Of a stretch of DNA of 64,000 nt, positions 1 through 10,409 are shown in pieces (position 1 is the first letter of the stretch; every line of letters begins with the position of its first letter). The notes under the pieces are model-generated. The model saw only the letters and a list, made by a program, of their open reading frames with translations, did not search any database and was not told the origin of the DNA. Origin of the DNA: TPA_inf: Saccharomyces (Eukaryota); the NCBI GenBank assembly GCA_000146045.2, contig BK006938.2:160001-224000 (forward strand), read 5' to 3'. The position numbers were made by a program, and so were the translations under genes.

Positions 1-764
1 GATTTCATAATGCGAAAGGTGAAGATATATACCATTTCATGGGTTGCTCTACTTTTTCCGAATATACTGTGGTGGCAGATGTCTCTGTGGTTGCCATCGA
101 TCCAAAAGCTCCCTTGGATGCTGCCTGTTTACTGGGTTGTGGTGTTACTACTGGTTTTGGGGCGGCTCTTAAGACAGCTAATGTGCAAAAAGGCGATACC
201 GTTGCAGTATTTGGCTGCGGGACTGTAGGACTCTCCGTTATCCAAGGTGCAAAGTTAAGGGGCGCTTCCAAGATCATTGCCATTGACATTAACAATAAGA
301 AAAAACAATATTGTTCTCAATTTGGTGCCACGGATTTTGTTAATCCCAAGGAAGATTTGGCCAAAGATCAAACTATCGTTGAAAAGTTAATTGAAATGAC
401 TGATGGGGGTCTGGATTTTACTTTTGACTGTACTGGTAATACCAAAATTATGAGAGATGCTTTGGAAGCCTGTCATAAAGGTTGGGGTCAATCTATTATC
501 ATTGGTGTGGCTGCCGCTGGTGAAGAAATTTCTACAAGGCCGTTCCAGCTGGTCACTGGTAGAGTGTGGAAAGGCTCTGCTTTTGGTGGCATCAAAGGTA
601 GATCTGAAATGGGCGGTTTAATTAAAGACTATCAAAAAGGTGCCTTAAAAGTCGAAGAATTTATCACTCACAGGAGACCATTCAAAGAAATCAATCAAGC
701 CTTTGAAGATTTGCATAACGGTGATTGCTTAAGAACCGTCTTGAAGTCTGATGAAATAAAATAG
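1..764 (+). CDS. SFA1: Class III alcohol dehydrogenase / S-(hydroxymethyl)glutathione (formaldehyde) dehydrogenase. The 3' portion only is present; the 5' end lies outside the window and the reading frame begins at position 3.
   Basis: The translation carries an MDR-family Zn-ADH C-terminal domain with a GxGxxG NAD-binding motif ([11 protein letters not shown]). The ORF is open to the window edge. Its position upstream of NRP1 matches the reference gene order. Confidence 0.9.
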   Translation, partial: FHNAKGEDIYHFMGCSTFSEYTVVADVSVVAIDPKAPLDAACLLGCGVTTGFGAALKTANVQKGDTVAVFGCGTVGLSVIQGAKLRGASKIIAIDINNKKKQYCSQFGATDFVNPKEDLAKDQTIVEKLIEMTDGGLDFTFDCTGNTKIMRDALEACHKGWGQSIIIGVAAAGEEISTRPFQLVTGRVWKGSAFGGIKGRSEMGGLIKDYQKGALKVEEFITHRRPFKEINQAFEDLHNGDCLRTVLKSDEIK

Positions 765-994
765 GAGTACTTAATTAAACTAAGTAAGCATGACTCAAAT
801 TTTCTGGAATACTTTGAAAATCAACGTCCTACATTCTATCAAATATCATATATATGCGCACAATTACGTTCTTCAGCAATCAGTTAGACCTGAAGAAAAA
901 AGTAAGGGTAGAAAAAGTATATAAATATATAAAAGTGTAAAAATAAAAAATACAATGTGGTTGTGTGAAATTTATTGACCTCGCCTGTTCCTAA

Positions 995-3154
995 CTACCA
1001 ACGTATTGAACTATTAAAACCATTACCGAAAGCGCTATTATCACCAACATTGGAAAAATTAACGTTAGCTTTGTCACTTTTGAACTCGTTAAACGAGCTA
1101 CCATTCCCATCTCCCTCCTTCATTGACTTTGTTGCCATCGATAACGGTGGTGACATAAATTCCATCAAACTAATATCACGACCTTTGTTATCGTTCCCAT
1201 CGGTGCGACCAGCATTGCTACCACCATTAGTATTAACAGAAATATTGTTATTACTGGGAGTACGCGACGCTGGTCCAAATGTTGATGAATCTATGTAATG
1301 ATTGGTTTCACTTGCATCGCCGCTTATTGATTTTGGACCACCACAGCGTAAGCACACTACGTTTTTAGCAAAGTTATGATACGTGCACGTGGAACACTTC
1401 CAATCTCCTGCTCTAAATGGCATGTTGGAGCCACATCCTCCCATACCGATATTGGAATTACAATTATTACTATTGTTACCATTGTTATTATTATTATTAT
1501 TATTGGTATTACTATTACTATTGATACTACCATTATGATGATTGTTATTATGATTGTTATTATGATTGTTATTGTTATTACTGTTGTTCCCATTACCATT
1601 CCCATTACCGTTGATGTTGTTATTAATGTTATATCTATTATTGGTCATATTGTTAATATTATTGTTGTTATTGTTAATATTATTATTATAACGATAATTT
1701 GGGGCTATATTATTATTTCCCGAAAAATGATCCGCTATAATTATCGGCGACCCACTGTTCGATGGTGCCATGTTCAATGAATTTTGTCGCGACAATGGCG
1801 TAATTGCAGGAAAATGAGCTCTATTGTATGTTAAAGCTGCTGGCGTGTTGTTAGCAATCATGTTGAACTCAGGGGCACCATAGGGGTGATTCGCTGCAGT
1901 GTTACTAATATTGCTTGAAGATCCCGAGTTCACGCGATTGTTTAAATTATTTCTACTACTGTTAACATTATTGTTTGAGTTCGCAGTATGTATTTGACTA
2001 TTTGATGGTGCCGGAAAAGAACATCTAAAACATGCAGTACGTCTTTGAAAGTTTGAAAAACCACAAGATGGGCAATTCCAGTCACCTGGTCTTGGTTTGT
2101 TTTTACTTTGAGGGAAAGGCGATAAAATTTCTTGAGCCTTATCGAGTACTCCGGTGGAAGAAGGTTGAAGCTCAAGGACATGTTCCACCACCCTTGGTTG
2201 CTTAGTGTTTGCCAGATTAGATAGGATTGATCTCCCATTCAACGCTAGTACTTCAGTTGCTTCTTCATGTGTTTGGAAGACAACAAATCCTGAGATACTA
2301 TCTTGATCTTCCACATAGGGACTGTTATTTAGACTCCAGTTATTATTAACGTTAGACGTATCTTCTACGATGTTTTTGACAGTCCAAAACCCAACTGGTC
2401 TAACACCATATTGGGTAAACCATGATTCCAACTCACTTTGAGTTGTGTCGGGCGGTAAATTGTTCATGTACAAAATCTTAGATTTCTCTTGCAAAAACGC
2501 TCTAATATCGGTGTGTGAGTCATATGGTTTTGTTAAGACAGATTCCATATCTTCAGGGGAAGTACACTTTTTGTGCAATTGTATTAATATATCCGTTGTC
2601 CTTTTTAAAAGAGAGTATATCTCTGGAACAGAGCCTGCCTCTTCAGTTGGGATTGAAACTTCCAATATTCTAACTATTTCGTCCAAATCCTTCGTATTTT
2701 TGGCTGCATTAATACTAATACTTTTAGTATTACAATTGTTGTTGGAGATTGCTTTCTTTTGTCCCAAAATCTCCGGATGGTTGACACACCATCTATCGAA
2801 TTCCTTCCATAAGTCAAATACTTTCGGATGTTGTAAATAAGAAGTAAGAATAAACCCATCATCTCTCGCTTGACGTGGTAAGGTAACACGGATATGCCAT
2901 GTTGAATACAGGGAAACAAGAACAAAGTCGTCGTTACCAATAACGTCATGAATATCCTTGTCCAATTGCACCATTGCACTCTCCAAACTCTTTGTCGTCC
3001 CGTTTACTTCAATGCTCGGTAAAGAATTGGTCCCATAATGGCATACTAATGTTTCAGCATTCACAATTTGAAATGCTATATTCGCAATGCGACATTGATC
3101 CTTGGGGGTATCTGGCAAATGCGCAACTTGCAGCTCTAGTACCACATAGTGCAT
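995..3154 (-). CDS. NRP1: RNA-binding protein with an RRM, two RanBP2-type zinc fingers and a long Asn-rich low-complexity region
   Basis: ORF 995..3190. Two W-x-C-x2-C...C-x2-C RanBP2-type fingers are present (WNCPSCGFSNFQRRTACFRC and WKCSTCTYHNFAKNVVCLRCG). There is an N-rich tract and an RRM-like block near the C-terminus. The start is placed at the internal Met (3154) to give the 719-aa size I recall; the ORF-track start at 3190 is also possible. Confidence 0.85.
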   Translation of the reverse strand: MHYVVLELQVAHLPDTPKDQCRIANIAFQIVNAETLVCHYGTNSLPSIEVNGTTKSLESAMVQLDKDIHDVIGNDDFVLVSLYSTWHIRVTLPRQARDDGFILTSYLQHPKVFDLWKEFDRWCVNHPEILGQKKAISNNNCNTKSISINAAKNTKDLDEIVRILEVSIPTEEAGSVPEIYSLLKRTTDILIQLHKKCTSPEDMESVLTKPYDSHTDIRAFLQEKSKILYMNNLPPDTTQSELESWFTQYGVRPVGFWTVKNIVEDTSNVNNNWSLNNSPYVEDQDSISGFVVFQTHEEATEVLALNGRSILSNLANTKQPRVVEHVLELQPSSTGVLDKAQEILSPFPQSKNKPRPGDWNCPSCGFSNFQRRTACFRCSFPAPSNSQIHTANSNNNVNSSRNNLNNRVNSGSSSNISNTAANHPYGAPEFNMIANNTPAALTYNRAHFPAITPLSRQNSLNMAPSNSGSPIIIADHFSGNNNIAPNYRYNNNINNNNNNINNMTNNRYNINNNINGNGNGNGNNSNNNNNHNNNHNNNHHNGSINSNSNTNNNNNNNNGNNSNNCNSNIGMGGCGSNMPFRAGDWKCSTCTYHNFAKNVVCLRCGGPKSISGDASETNHYIDSSTFGPASRTPSNNNISVNTNGGSNAGRTDGNDNKGRDISLMEFMSPPLSMATKSMKEGDGNGSSFNEFKSDKANVNFSNVGDNSAFGNGFNSSIRW

Positions 3155-3448
3155 AATTTCTGTATCAAAAATCACAATAGCAATGCACAATTATCCTAGC
3201 GCTCTTCTTTAGTAATGCTATTTGCATCAAAACCAACTTATTAAACTTGTATGTGTTGAAAAATTTTTCACTTTAAACTTTTCCACTGGGCATCGGCATC
3301 GGAGAATGAAAATATATTACCAAAGTCACATTAAACAAGTACATGACATTACTTAAAGAAAACCCTTTATAATAGGCACTACTATTACTACTGTTACTAA
3401 TTTACAATTATATATGTATATATGTAGATACACAAAGTTATGGAACGC

Positions 3449-4042
3449 CTACTCACTGTCTTCATCGTCTTCGTCATCGCTACGAGGCCCTTGATATTCA
3501 TTTGTGACTCCATCTGGATGTTGTTCTAACCACATCTTTTCCCAAGCAACAATACGGGATACGTTAGATACCATATCTTCTTTCGTATCGCTTTGTAGCT
3601 CTACCACAATGTGCGGTTCGTATGATTCCACGGCATCCTGTTTGACGACACCCATAATCTCGGCATCGAGGTTTTCCTCGATCTTAGAGTCATGATAGCC
3701 TCTTGCATGCAATCTTGAATACAAGTTAGAGTTATCGCATCTCAACACCACCACCAAGTCAATCAGCCTCTCTGGGAACACATCATTGACATGCCAATCG
3801 ACAATACTATTTCCCTGTCTCAAAAGAGGCTCTAGCATGTCCAGCAGTTTGTCTTCATCGACAATGTGCGATTTACGGCCCTCATCATATCCTTCGAAAC
3901 AGTCGTTATCTTTGGCGAAATCCGAAATGTTATAGTATTTGTAATCCTTCAGTTTATTTTTTAAAAACTCACACGTAGACGACTTGCCACATCCTGGTGT
4001 TCCTGTAACAATGATATTCGGTCCATACCGTCTTGCTTCCAT
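3449..4042 (-). CDS. FAP7: Adenylate-kinase-like NTPase needed for 18S rRNA maturation (197 aa)
   Basis: A Walker A motif (GTPGCGKSS) is present. The length and the acidic C-terminus match FAP7. Confidence 0.9.
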   Translation of the reverse strand: MEARRYGPNIIVTGTPGCGKSSTCEFLKNKLKDYKYYNISDFAKDNDCFEGYDEGRKSHIVDEDKLLDMLEPLLRQGNSIVDWHVNDVFPERLIDLVVVLRCDNSNLYSRLHARGYHDSKIEENLDAEIMGVVKQDAVESYEPHIVVELQSDTKEDMVSNVSRIVAWEKMWLEQHPDGVTNEYQGPRSDDEDDEDSE

Positions 4043-4289
4043 CTTTATATAACAAAGTATTTCTTTATTTTCTAATAGTTCCTTTCTACGAGTCTTGTGT
4101 ATGATTTATAAAGAGTGAGCTCTTTTGTTATGAAGTATATTATTATGTGAGTATTTTTTTATAACTGCGAAAAAGCGAGGCGAACATTAATAAGATAATA
4201 GCAAAACAGGCATTTTTTAAACTAGATATGCAAAAACCACAAGGAAAAACAGGAAGAGAAGAGAATCAAAATATACTATTCCCTACATA

Positions 4290-4865
4290 ATGGAAAAATT
4301 TGGTTTAAAAGCGCTAGTACCGCTCCTTAAGCTAGAGGACAAAGAACTTTCAAGTACATATGACCATTCCATGACCTTAGGAGCGGACTTATCGTCGATG
4401 CTATATTCGTTGGGTATTCCAAGAGATTCACAAGATCACAGAGTCCTCGATACTTTTCAATCACCGTGGGCAGAAACATCCAGAAGCGAAGTGGAGCCCC
4501 GATTTTTCACACCAGAATCATTCACCAATATTCCGGGCGTATTACAATCCACTGTAACTCCACCATGCTTCAATTCCATCCAAAATGACCAACAGCGTGT
4601 TGCCCTTTTTCAAGATGAAACTCTATTTTTCCTCTTCTATAAACACCCTGGTACAGTCATCCAGGAACTAACGTATTTGGAACTCAGGAAAAGGAACTGG
4701 AGATACCACAAGACGTTGAAGGCCTGGCTCACCAAAGATCCTATGATGGAACCTATTGTATCCGCTGATGGTTTAAGTGAAAGGGGATCATATGTGTTTT
4801 TTGACCCACAAAGGTGGGAAAAGTGCCAAAGAGATTTCTTATTGTTTTATAATGCTATTATGTAA
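4290..4865 (+). CDS. CDC36: CCR4-NOT complex subunit NOT2 (191 aa)
   Basis: The translation has a NOT2/3/5 C-terminal-type domain. Its position between FAP7 and CDC9 matches the reference order. Confidence 0.9.
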   Translation: MEKFGLKALVPLLKLEDKELSSTYDHSMTLGADLSSMLYSLGIPRDSQDHRVLDTFQSPWAETSRSEVEPRFFTPESFTNIPGVLQSTVTPPCFNSIQNDQQRVALFQDETLFFLFYKHPGTVIQELTYLELRKRNWRYHKTLKAWLTKDPMMEPIVSADGLSERGSYVFFDPQRWEKCQRDFLLFYNAIM

Positions 4866-4986
4866 GGTAGACAGAGAAACGAAAGAAGTAAATAAATGTC
4901 ATTATATGTGATGCGGCGTTTTGGAGCTGAACAGAACGCCCTCTTTTTTTTTTTTAATGATTAATTGAGAAAAATAGTGTGCACAT

Positions 4987-7254
4987 CTAATTTTGCATGT
5001 GGGATTGGTTTTCATACAATTCGACGATCTGGTCAGAAGAGGTTGCATCTTCTACGCCCTTGTCTTCTCTTATACGCAAAAATCTTGGAAATCTTAAGGA
5101 TACGCCTTTATCAAAAGTTGCACTACCTGCTTTATAAATAGGCGATAGGGAAAGGTCTGCAGTCAAAACTTCAAACAAAGTCGTAGGTTCGAACCATACA
5201 TCTGGCTCAGCACTCGAATCGAAAACAAACGTGGCTTTTGGTCCATCAATGATCGTCGGGGTCAACCTGTCGTGCAAAAGCTGCAACATTTCGTCCGAAA
5301 ATCCTGTCCCTATCTTGCAACAAGTTTCAAATTCTCCTGTGTCTTGGTTGTAACATCCTAGAAGGAACCCACCGTACGTACCAGTTCTTTTTCCTCTACC
5401 ATAATATGCCCCCAACACGCAGAGATCCAATGAATCTCCAACCCCCTCCAAGTAATCTTTTTTTAATTTCAACCAGTTTCTTGACCTTTTACTTGGTTCA
5501 TAATGGGATTCAGGGCCCTCCAACATTTTGACCATCAAACCTTCGCATGAGTGATTAACGGACTCATCAAGGAATTTTTGAAGTTCATCAAGGTTATTTG
5601 TTGTTATCTGAGTCGCGTATTGGAATTCTCCCGGGACAACTTTTGTAACCTTCGTCAAGTATTCTCTTCTTTCCTTTAGTGACTTATTAATCAGCCTTTC
5701 ATCGTTGTAGCAAAGTATATCAAATGCAAAGAGACAGACTTTAACTTTAACATCATTCAGCTCCACGTCTTTACGTTTCCTTGTACTTAAGACCTGGAAA
5801 GGCAAAATTTTCCCCTGATCTTTGTCCCAAGCAACAGCCTCACAGTCTAGAATTAAATTTTTGGTAGTATCCAAATCCTGGATAAAATCCGTTATGTTAA
5901 TTTCTGGATATCTCTCAGTCATATTCTCGCCATTTCTGGAATAAATCCTCATTGTACCATCATTTAGTAAATGCACCTGAGCCCTTTCACCATCGTATTT
6001 GTATTCTGACGTAAAAGTTTCGCCTTGAAATCTATCCAATACTTCATTAATTGCCTTGGTAGGCTTGGCTAACATGGGTTTCAATGGAATTCCTGGTCTT
6101 AGAGTACAATATTTATCTAAATTCATAATACCGTGTTCCAGGCATGAGTTTATAACAATTTCATAGTTGGGTACTTGACAAAATGCGTCTCTTATCTTTT
6201 GTTGAGCACTTTCTAACACATCCATGGGGACATCTTTGTCTGGAGAGTCCTCCCTATTTTCATCATGGAGCAAAAGAGCCTTCGATAGGGATATTAAGAC
6301 AGTCTTTTCAGCAAGACCGATTCTCAATTTTGACTCTAGGGATCTAATCAAAAACTTAGCCTCTATACCTTTGCAAGCAGTAAGCATTCTCTTGATCAGC
6401 TTCATCTTTTTTAATTGTGAATCTTTGCCCTGAGTCTTAGCAATAGCTCTAAGATTTTTGAAGACCTCACCCACGGTCAAGGGTTTGGGCTTAAACATAG
6501 TGGGTTGGACATTTCTCGCACCCATTGCTATTTCACCCAAATCCCCAATATCCTTGTATTTAAGTTTAATTTGGCTCATGGATTTCCCGCAAGTTTCGCT
6601 TATGGTTTTCATAAGAAGATTTTCTCCAAGGCCTAATTCCAAGCCTGCTTCGTAGTCAGGGCCCAATCTATTGATGAAAAGGTATGTTGTAGGTATTAAG
6701 TTCTTAGACGATTGCTTCATTATCTTAATAAAGAAATCAGAACAGATTCTTATAATCTCTAAACGGGAAGATATGGCCTCAATCTTGTTAAAAACCTCAC
6801 AAACTTCAGAATAGGGGATATTAGACGAATAGTGATCATTATTATTTGAGCTCAAGGCGTCTTCAACTTCACCTACCAACCTCTGAGATTGTTGCGGTGA
6901 ATCAGCAACACCGGAAGAGGGAGCGGATGATGGTATAGAAGAAAAATTGCTACCCATGGAGCTTGGAGCTGCTACAGTATGTGTAACAGCCGTCTGTTTC
7001 AATTTCTTGGTCGCGTATTCCTCTTCCCCACTAACATTATCCATTCTATCTTCCAGCATATGTTTGGATGATTTTTTGGGAGAAGGAGTACCTTCTGTTG
7101 GCTTATTTTTCATGGAAGTGAAGAATCTAGCCAAAGTGGCTTGTTTAGGCTTCTTACCGGCAGAGGAAGGTAATGAGGATGACATCAATAATGGCAATCT
7201 TGATTTCAAGGGACGTGCAGATGAAAGAAGGCAACCGGTCAGTAATCTGCGCAT
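4987..7254 (-). CDS. CDC9: ATP-dependent DNA ligase I (755 aa from the MRRLLTG start; an in-frame downstream Met gives the nuclear isoform)
   Basis: The ligase active-site motif KYDGERAQ is present together with adenylation and OB-fold domains. The ORF track extends 23 codons further upstream (to 7323). I use Met at 7254, which begins a mitochondrial-presequence-like peptide (MRRLLTGCLLSSARPLKSRLPLL). Confidence 0.9.
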   Translation of the reverse strand: MRRLLTGCLLSSARPLKSRLPLLMSSSLPSSAGKKPKQATLARFFTSMKNKPTEGTPSPKKSSKHMLEDRMDNVSGEEEYATKKLKQTAVTHTVAAPSSMGSNFSSIPSSAPSSGVADSPQQSQRLVGEVEDALSSNNNDHYSSNIPYSEVCEVFNKIEAISSRLEIIRICSDFFIKIMKQSSKNLIPTTYLFINRLGPDYEAGLELGLGENLLMKTISETCGKSMSQIKLKYKDIGDLGEIAMGARNVQPTMFKPKPLTVGEVFKNLRAIAKTQGKDSQLKKMKLIKRMLTACKGIEAKFLIRSLESKLRIGLAEKTVLISLSKALLLHDENREDSPDKDVPMDVLESAQQKIRDAFCQVPNYEIVINSCLEHGIMNLDKYCTLRPGIPLKPMLAKPTKAINEVLDRFQGETFTSEYKYDGERAQVHLLNDGTMRIYSRNGENMTERYPEINITDFIQDLDTTKNLILDCEAVAWDKDQGKILPFQVLSTRKRKDVELNDVKVKVCLFAFDILCYNDERLINKSLKERREYLTKVTKVVPGEFQYATQITTNNLDELQKFLDESVNHSCEGLMVKMLEGPESHYEPSKRSRNWLKLKKDYLEGVGDSLDLCVLGAYYGRGKRTGTYGGFLLGCYNQDTGEFETCCKIGTGFSDEMLQLLHDRLTPTIIDGPKATFVFDSSAEPDVWFEPTTLFEVLTADLSLSPIYKAGSATFDKGVSLRFPRFLRIREDKGVEDATSSDQIVELYENQSHMQN

Positions 7255-7373
7255 GTAATTGATGAACAATGACGTTAAAAGCTGCTCTAAACCTCCAAAA
7301 TCATTACTTTTATTTTTGAACAAAGTACAGCGAGATGCAAACGCATGGCTTATTGCAGCTAAATTTCACTTTC

Positions 7374-7388
7374 ACGCGTTTTCGCGTT
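7374..7388. promoter_or_regulatory. Pair of MluI cell-cycle box (MCB) elements, ACGCGT followed by TCGCGTT, about 120-135 bp upstream of the CDC9 ATG
   Basis: ACGCGT lies at 7374-7379 and CGCG at 7383-7386. CDC9 is a classic MBF/MCB-regulated G1/S gene. Confidence 0.6.
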
Positions 7389-7713
7389 AAGGTGAAAAAT
7401 TCCATCAGCCATCTCAAGTGGAGGAACACATCGAAGCGAGCAAAAAGATGACAGAGTTAAACAGCAATAGAACCAGCGGCTGCAGTACGAATTCCTATTG
7501 CAAGTCTTACGGAAGGTTGGTGGGGCCTTATGTTGTTCAAAGTACTTGATTTTGGAAGTATGGTTGTCTGAAATTGTGGCTACGTATAGAGAATCATCCG
7601 GGTAATGATGAAAGTTTCTTTCAATGACAAATAGGAGTTTTAAGAAGTAGAAGAAAGAGCCGTTCGTATGAGTGCCAGGATCAGAAGGAAAGGGAGCAAG
7701 AGGCAGAACAATC

Positions 7714-9078
7714 ATGTCGAAACAATTTGTTAGATCTGCGAAGAATTTGGTGAAAGGGTACTCTTCTACCCAGGTCCTGGTAAGAAATGCAACGTCAAAC
7801 GACAATCATCAAGTGTCCAAGGACTCGTTAATTGAGCTGGCTGAAAAATCATATGATAGCGCAGATTTCTTCGAAATCATGGATATGCTGGACAAAAGAC
7901 TTAACGACAAGGGCAAATACTGGAGGCATATCGCAAAGGCATTGACAGTAATAGATTACTTGATCAGGTTTGGTAGTGAGAATTGTGTTCTTTGGTGTAG
8001 AGAAAATTTATACATCATCAAGACATTGAAGGAGTTCAGGCACGAGGACGATGAGGGCATAGATCAAGGTCAAATCGTTAGGGTCAAAGCAAAAGAATTG
8101 ACTGCATTACTATCTGATGACGAAAGACTGAACGAGGAAAGGAACATGAATATCAAGGGAAGAAACAGGAAAGGAAGAAGAAGAAGGGGAACTGGGCGCA
8201 GTGATGAAAATGACGATGATTTGCAAAGAGCCATTAGTGCTAGCAGGTTGACGGCGGAAGAAGACGAAAGAAGAAGAAAACAGGACGAGGATTATGAAAC
8301 AGCTTTGCAGTTGAGCAAAGAAGAAGAGGAGCTAAAAAGATTGCAAGATTTACAAAGAATGCAACAACAGCAAGGCCAACAACAATTGCAACAACCTATG
8401 TATTATGATATTTTTGGTAACCCAATCACTCCTGAGGAATACGCACAATTTCAATTGCAACAACAGCAACAACAGCAACAACAACAGTTGCAACAACAAC
8501 CAATGTACTACGATGTATTCGGGAATCCTATAACACCCGAAGAACTAGCACAGTTTCAACAACAACAACAACTACAGGAACAACAGTACTTAGCTTCTAT
8601 GCAACAGCAGCAACAGGCAATGTCCAACAATCCATTTGCCAAATCAGAACAGAGCTCAAGTTCACCAAAACGGAACCAACTAGTAGCAGCTTCTTCTCCA
8701 CAGCAACTGCAACAACAAAAACAACAAGAGCCATTGATTCAAAACAGGACAGGCAATCAATCAATGACAGACAAGTATAGTAAACTAAACGAGCTACTAG
8801 CCACAGGAACAGGTATTGATACATTCGGAAATGTAGGGGAGGCTCGTATTCCTGCCCAACATACGAAGACAGGAACATTCATCAATTCTCAAGGAACAGG
8901 ATATAGGCAAGTATCGGATGATCCAAACCACAATCCGTTTTTGAACAGTCAGTATACAGGTTTACCAAGCACTAGCGTCGTACCAACACAAACAGGCTAT
9001 GGCTTTGGTAACCAGTCTCAACAGCAGTCTCAAAATAATGGCTCAAATAACCGGGGATATACTCTAATTGATTTATGA
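7714..9078 (+). CDS. ENT1: Epsin (ENTH domain, UIMs, poly-Q, C-terminal NPF motifs and clathrin box), 454 aa
   Basis: An N-terminal ENTH domain is present. The C-terminus has two NPF motifs and ends ...GYTLIDL. The start is taken at Met15 of the track ORF (MSKQFVRSAKNL). Confidence 0.9.
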   Translation: MSKQFVRSAKNLVKGYSSTQVLVRNATSNDNHQVSKDSLIELAEKSYDSADFFEIMDMLDKRLNDKGKYWRHIAKALTVIDYLIRFGSENCVLWCRENLYIIKTLKEFRHEDDEGIDQGQIVRVKAKELTALLSDDERLNEERNMNIKGRNRKGRRRRGTGRSDENDDDLQRAISASRLTAEEDERRRKQDEDYETALQLSKEEEELKRLQDLQRMQQQQGQQQLQQPMYYDIFGNPITPEEYAQFQLQQQQQQQQQQLQQQPMYYDVFGNPITPEELAQFQQQQQLQEQQYLASMQQQQQAMSNNPFAKSEQSSSSPKRNQLVAASSPQQLQQQKQQEPLIQNRTGNQSMTDKYSKLNELLATGTGIDTFGNVGEARIPAQHTKTGTFINSQGTGYRQVSDDPNHNPFLNSQYTGLPSTSVVPTQTGYGFGNQSQQQSQNNGSNNRGYTLIDL

Positions 9079-9365
9079 AGTGATTCTGTCATTCCAGTCC
9101 GCATTTCTAATCAGATGAGCATTTTCTCGCATCGCATAATATATATGGACTAAGTAATTTAATCATTTCACAGCGCGTTTTGATGCAAGCGTTTAGTATA
9201 AAATGAACTGTATATTTGTATATGTGAGCGCACGATCGCTCCAAAAACTACTTTAGTAAACTAACGTAGTTCAGGACGACTGAAAGAAAATATAGTGCTT
9301 TAAATTTATCAGACAACCAGGAATGTCTTATGTCTTTACATGGATGTAATGTAAGTTGAATACTT

Positions 9366-9608
9366 TTACATATCCATCAGAAGAAGCCCTACGATACGCT
9401 CTAAATCTTGATGCGATAACTCTAAGGGACTTTTATCGCCACGTTCTCCGTTAATGTCCTTGTGAGATTGCAAGGACCGCAGCACCGCCTCATCAATGAA
9501 TATATCCAAATATTTCTGTATCATTGGTACTACTTCATCGGCAATTTTCATATCATTACCACCTTCATTTTGGCTGAGGATTTTTATTAACGCTTCTTTA
9601 GATAACAT
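9366..9608 (-). CDS. MHF2: Small histone-fold protein (MHF/CENP-X family), 80 aa
   Basis: An 82-aa ORF is present. I recall the annotated protein as beginning MLSKEALIKILSQNEGG. Its position between ENT1 and DHH1 fits the reference order. Confidence 0.7.
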   Translation of the reverse strand: MLSKEALIKILSQNEGGNDMKIADEVVPMIQKYLDIFIDEAVLRSLQSHKDINGERGDKSPLELSHQDLERIVGLLLMDM

Positions 9609-10409
9609 CACCACAATTACTGTGCTCTGTACTCATGTCCTTTCTAAGTGCAATAATGTAAATTCTAACACGCTTTTATGTATGATTGATTTTTGATATT
9701 TTGGCCCGAAAGATAATTCTGGTCTCCCGGAAACATGAAGATGCAGCAAAGTAAAAAATAATAGGTAAAAATAATAAAAATACATGTATCTTTTTGGTTG
9801 GTTAATTTATCTAAACAGTTTTATATATATATGTATATATATATATATATATACACAGTATTAATATTCTTTCCTTGAGATTACTCTCTATAAAAAAAAA
9901 AAAAAAAAAGCTTTTAAAAAAAAAAAAACTCAAAAAAAGAAAGAATATTCAAAGAAAGTTTCATCTTGTCAGTTGAAATGAATAGTTTATTGTGGAAATT
10001 ATAACAATAAAAGTTAGCTAAAAGCGAAAGTGTCGATGAAACTGGGCAAGTGCACTTGAGCTCTTGATATGGACGGTAGTATTGGTTACAACAATGACTG
10101 GTAAAAGAATGAAGTGGTTTGAGATAATTTTAGAGAAACAAAAAGAAATAACAAAGTGATAGTAATAAAAACGGTGCGCAAATGAGGATAAAAAAATCAG
10201 CACAGAAACTAGAGAAAACGGATAAAAAAATAAAAAAGCAGAGACAAAAATTAAATTACGACTGATTCTTGTTCAAAATCAATAGTAAAAGTATGGTTAC
10301 AAAGTAATGTAATTCACAATGGAGATTTGAAAAAAGATAAAAATAATCGACGATTAGATCACAAAAAAAGCGTATCTCACCACAGTAGTTATTTTTTCTT
10401 AGATATTCT

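Noticed and set aside
1357-1780. Ile/Thr/Val-rich ORFs (82 aa on the minus strand, 134 aa on the plus strand)
   Set aside because: They are frameshifted readings of the (AAT)n tract inside NRP1 and are low-complexity artefacts.
5196-5215. GGTTCGAACC (a tRNA T-loop-like palindrome)
   Set aside because: It lies inside the CDC9 coding sequence, with no acceptor or anticodon stem context. I found no credible tRNA anywhere in the window.
6947-7805. Plus-strand 103-aa ORF overlapping the CDC9 5' end, and minus-strand 148-aa ORF spanning the CDC9/ENT1 promoter and the ENT1 start
   Set aside because: They overlap well-supported genes and promoter elements and have no recognisable domains. They correspond to the kind of ORFs annotated as dubious.
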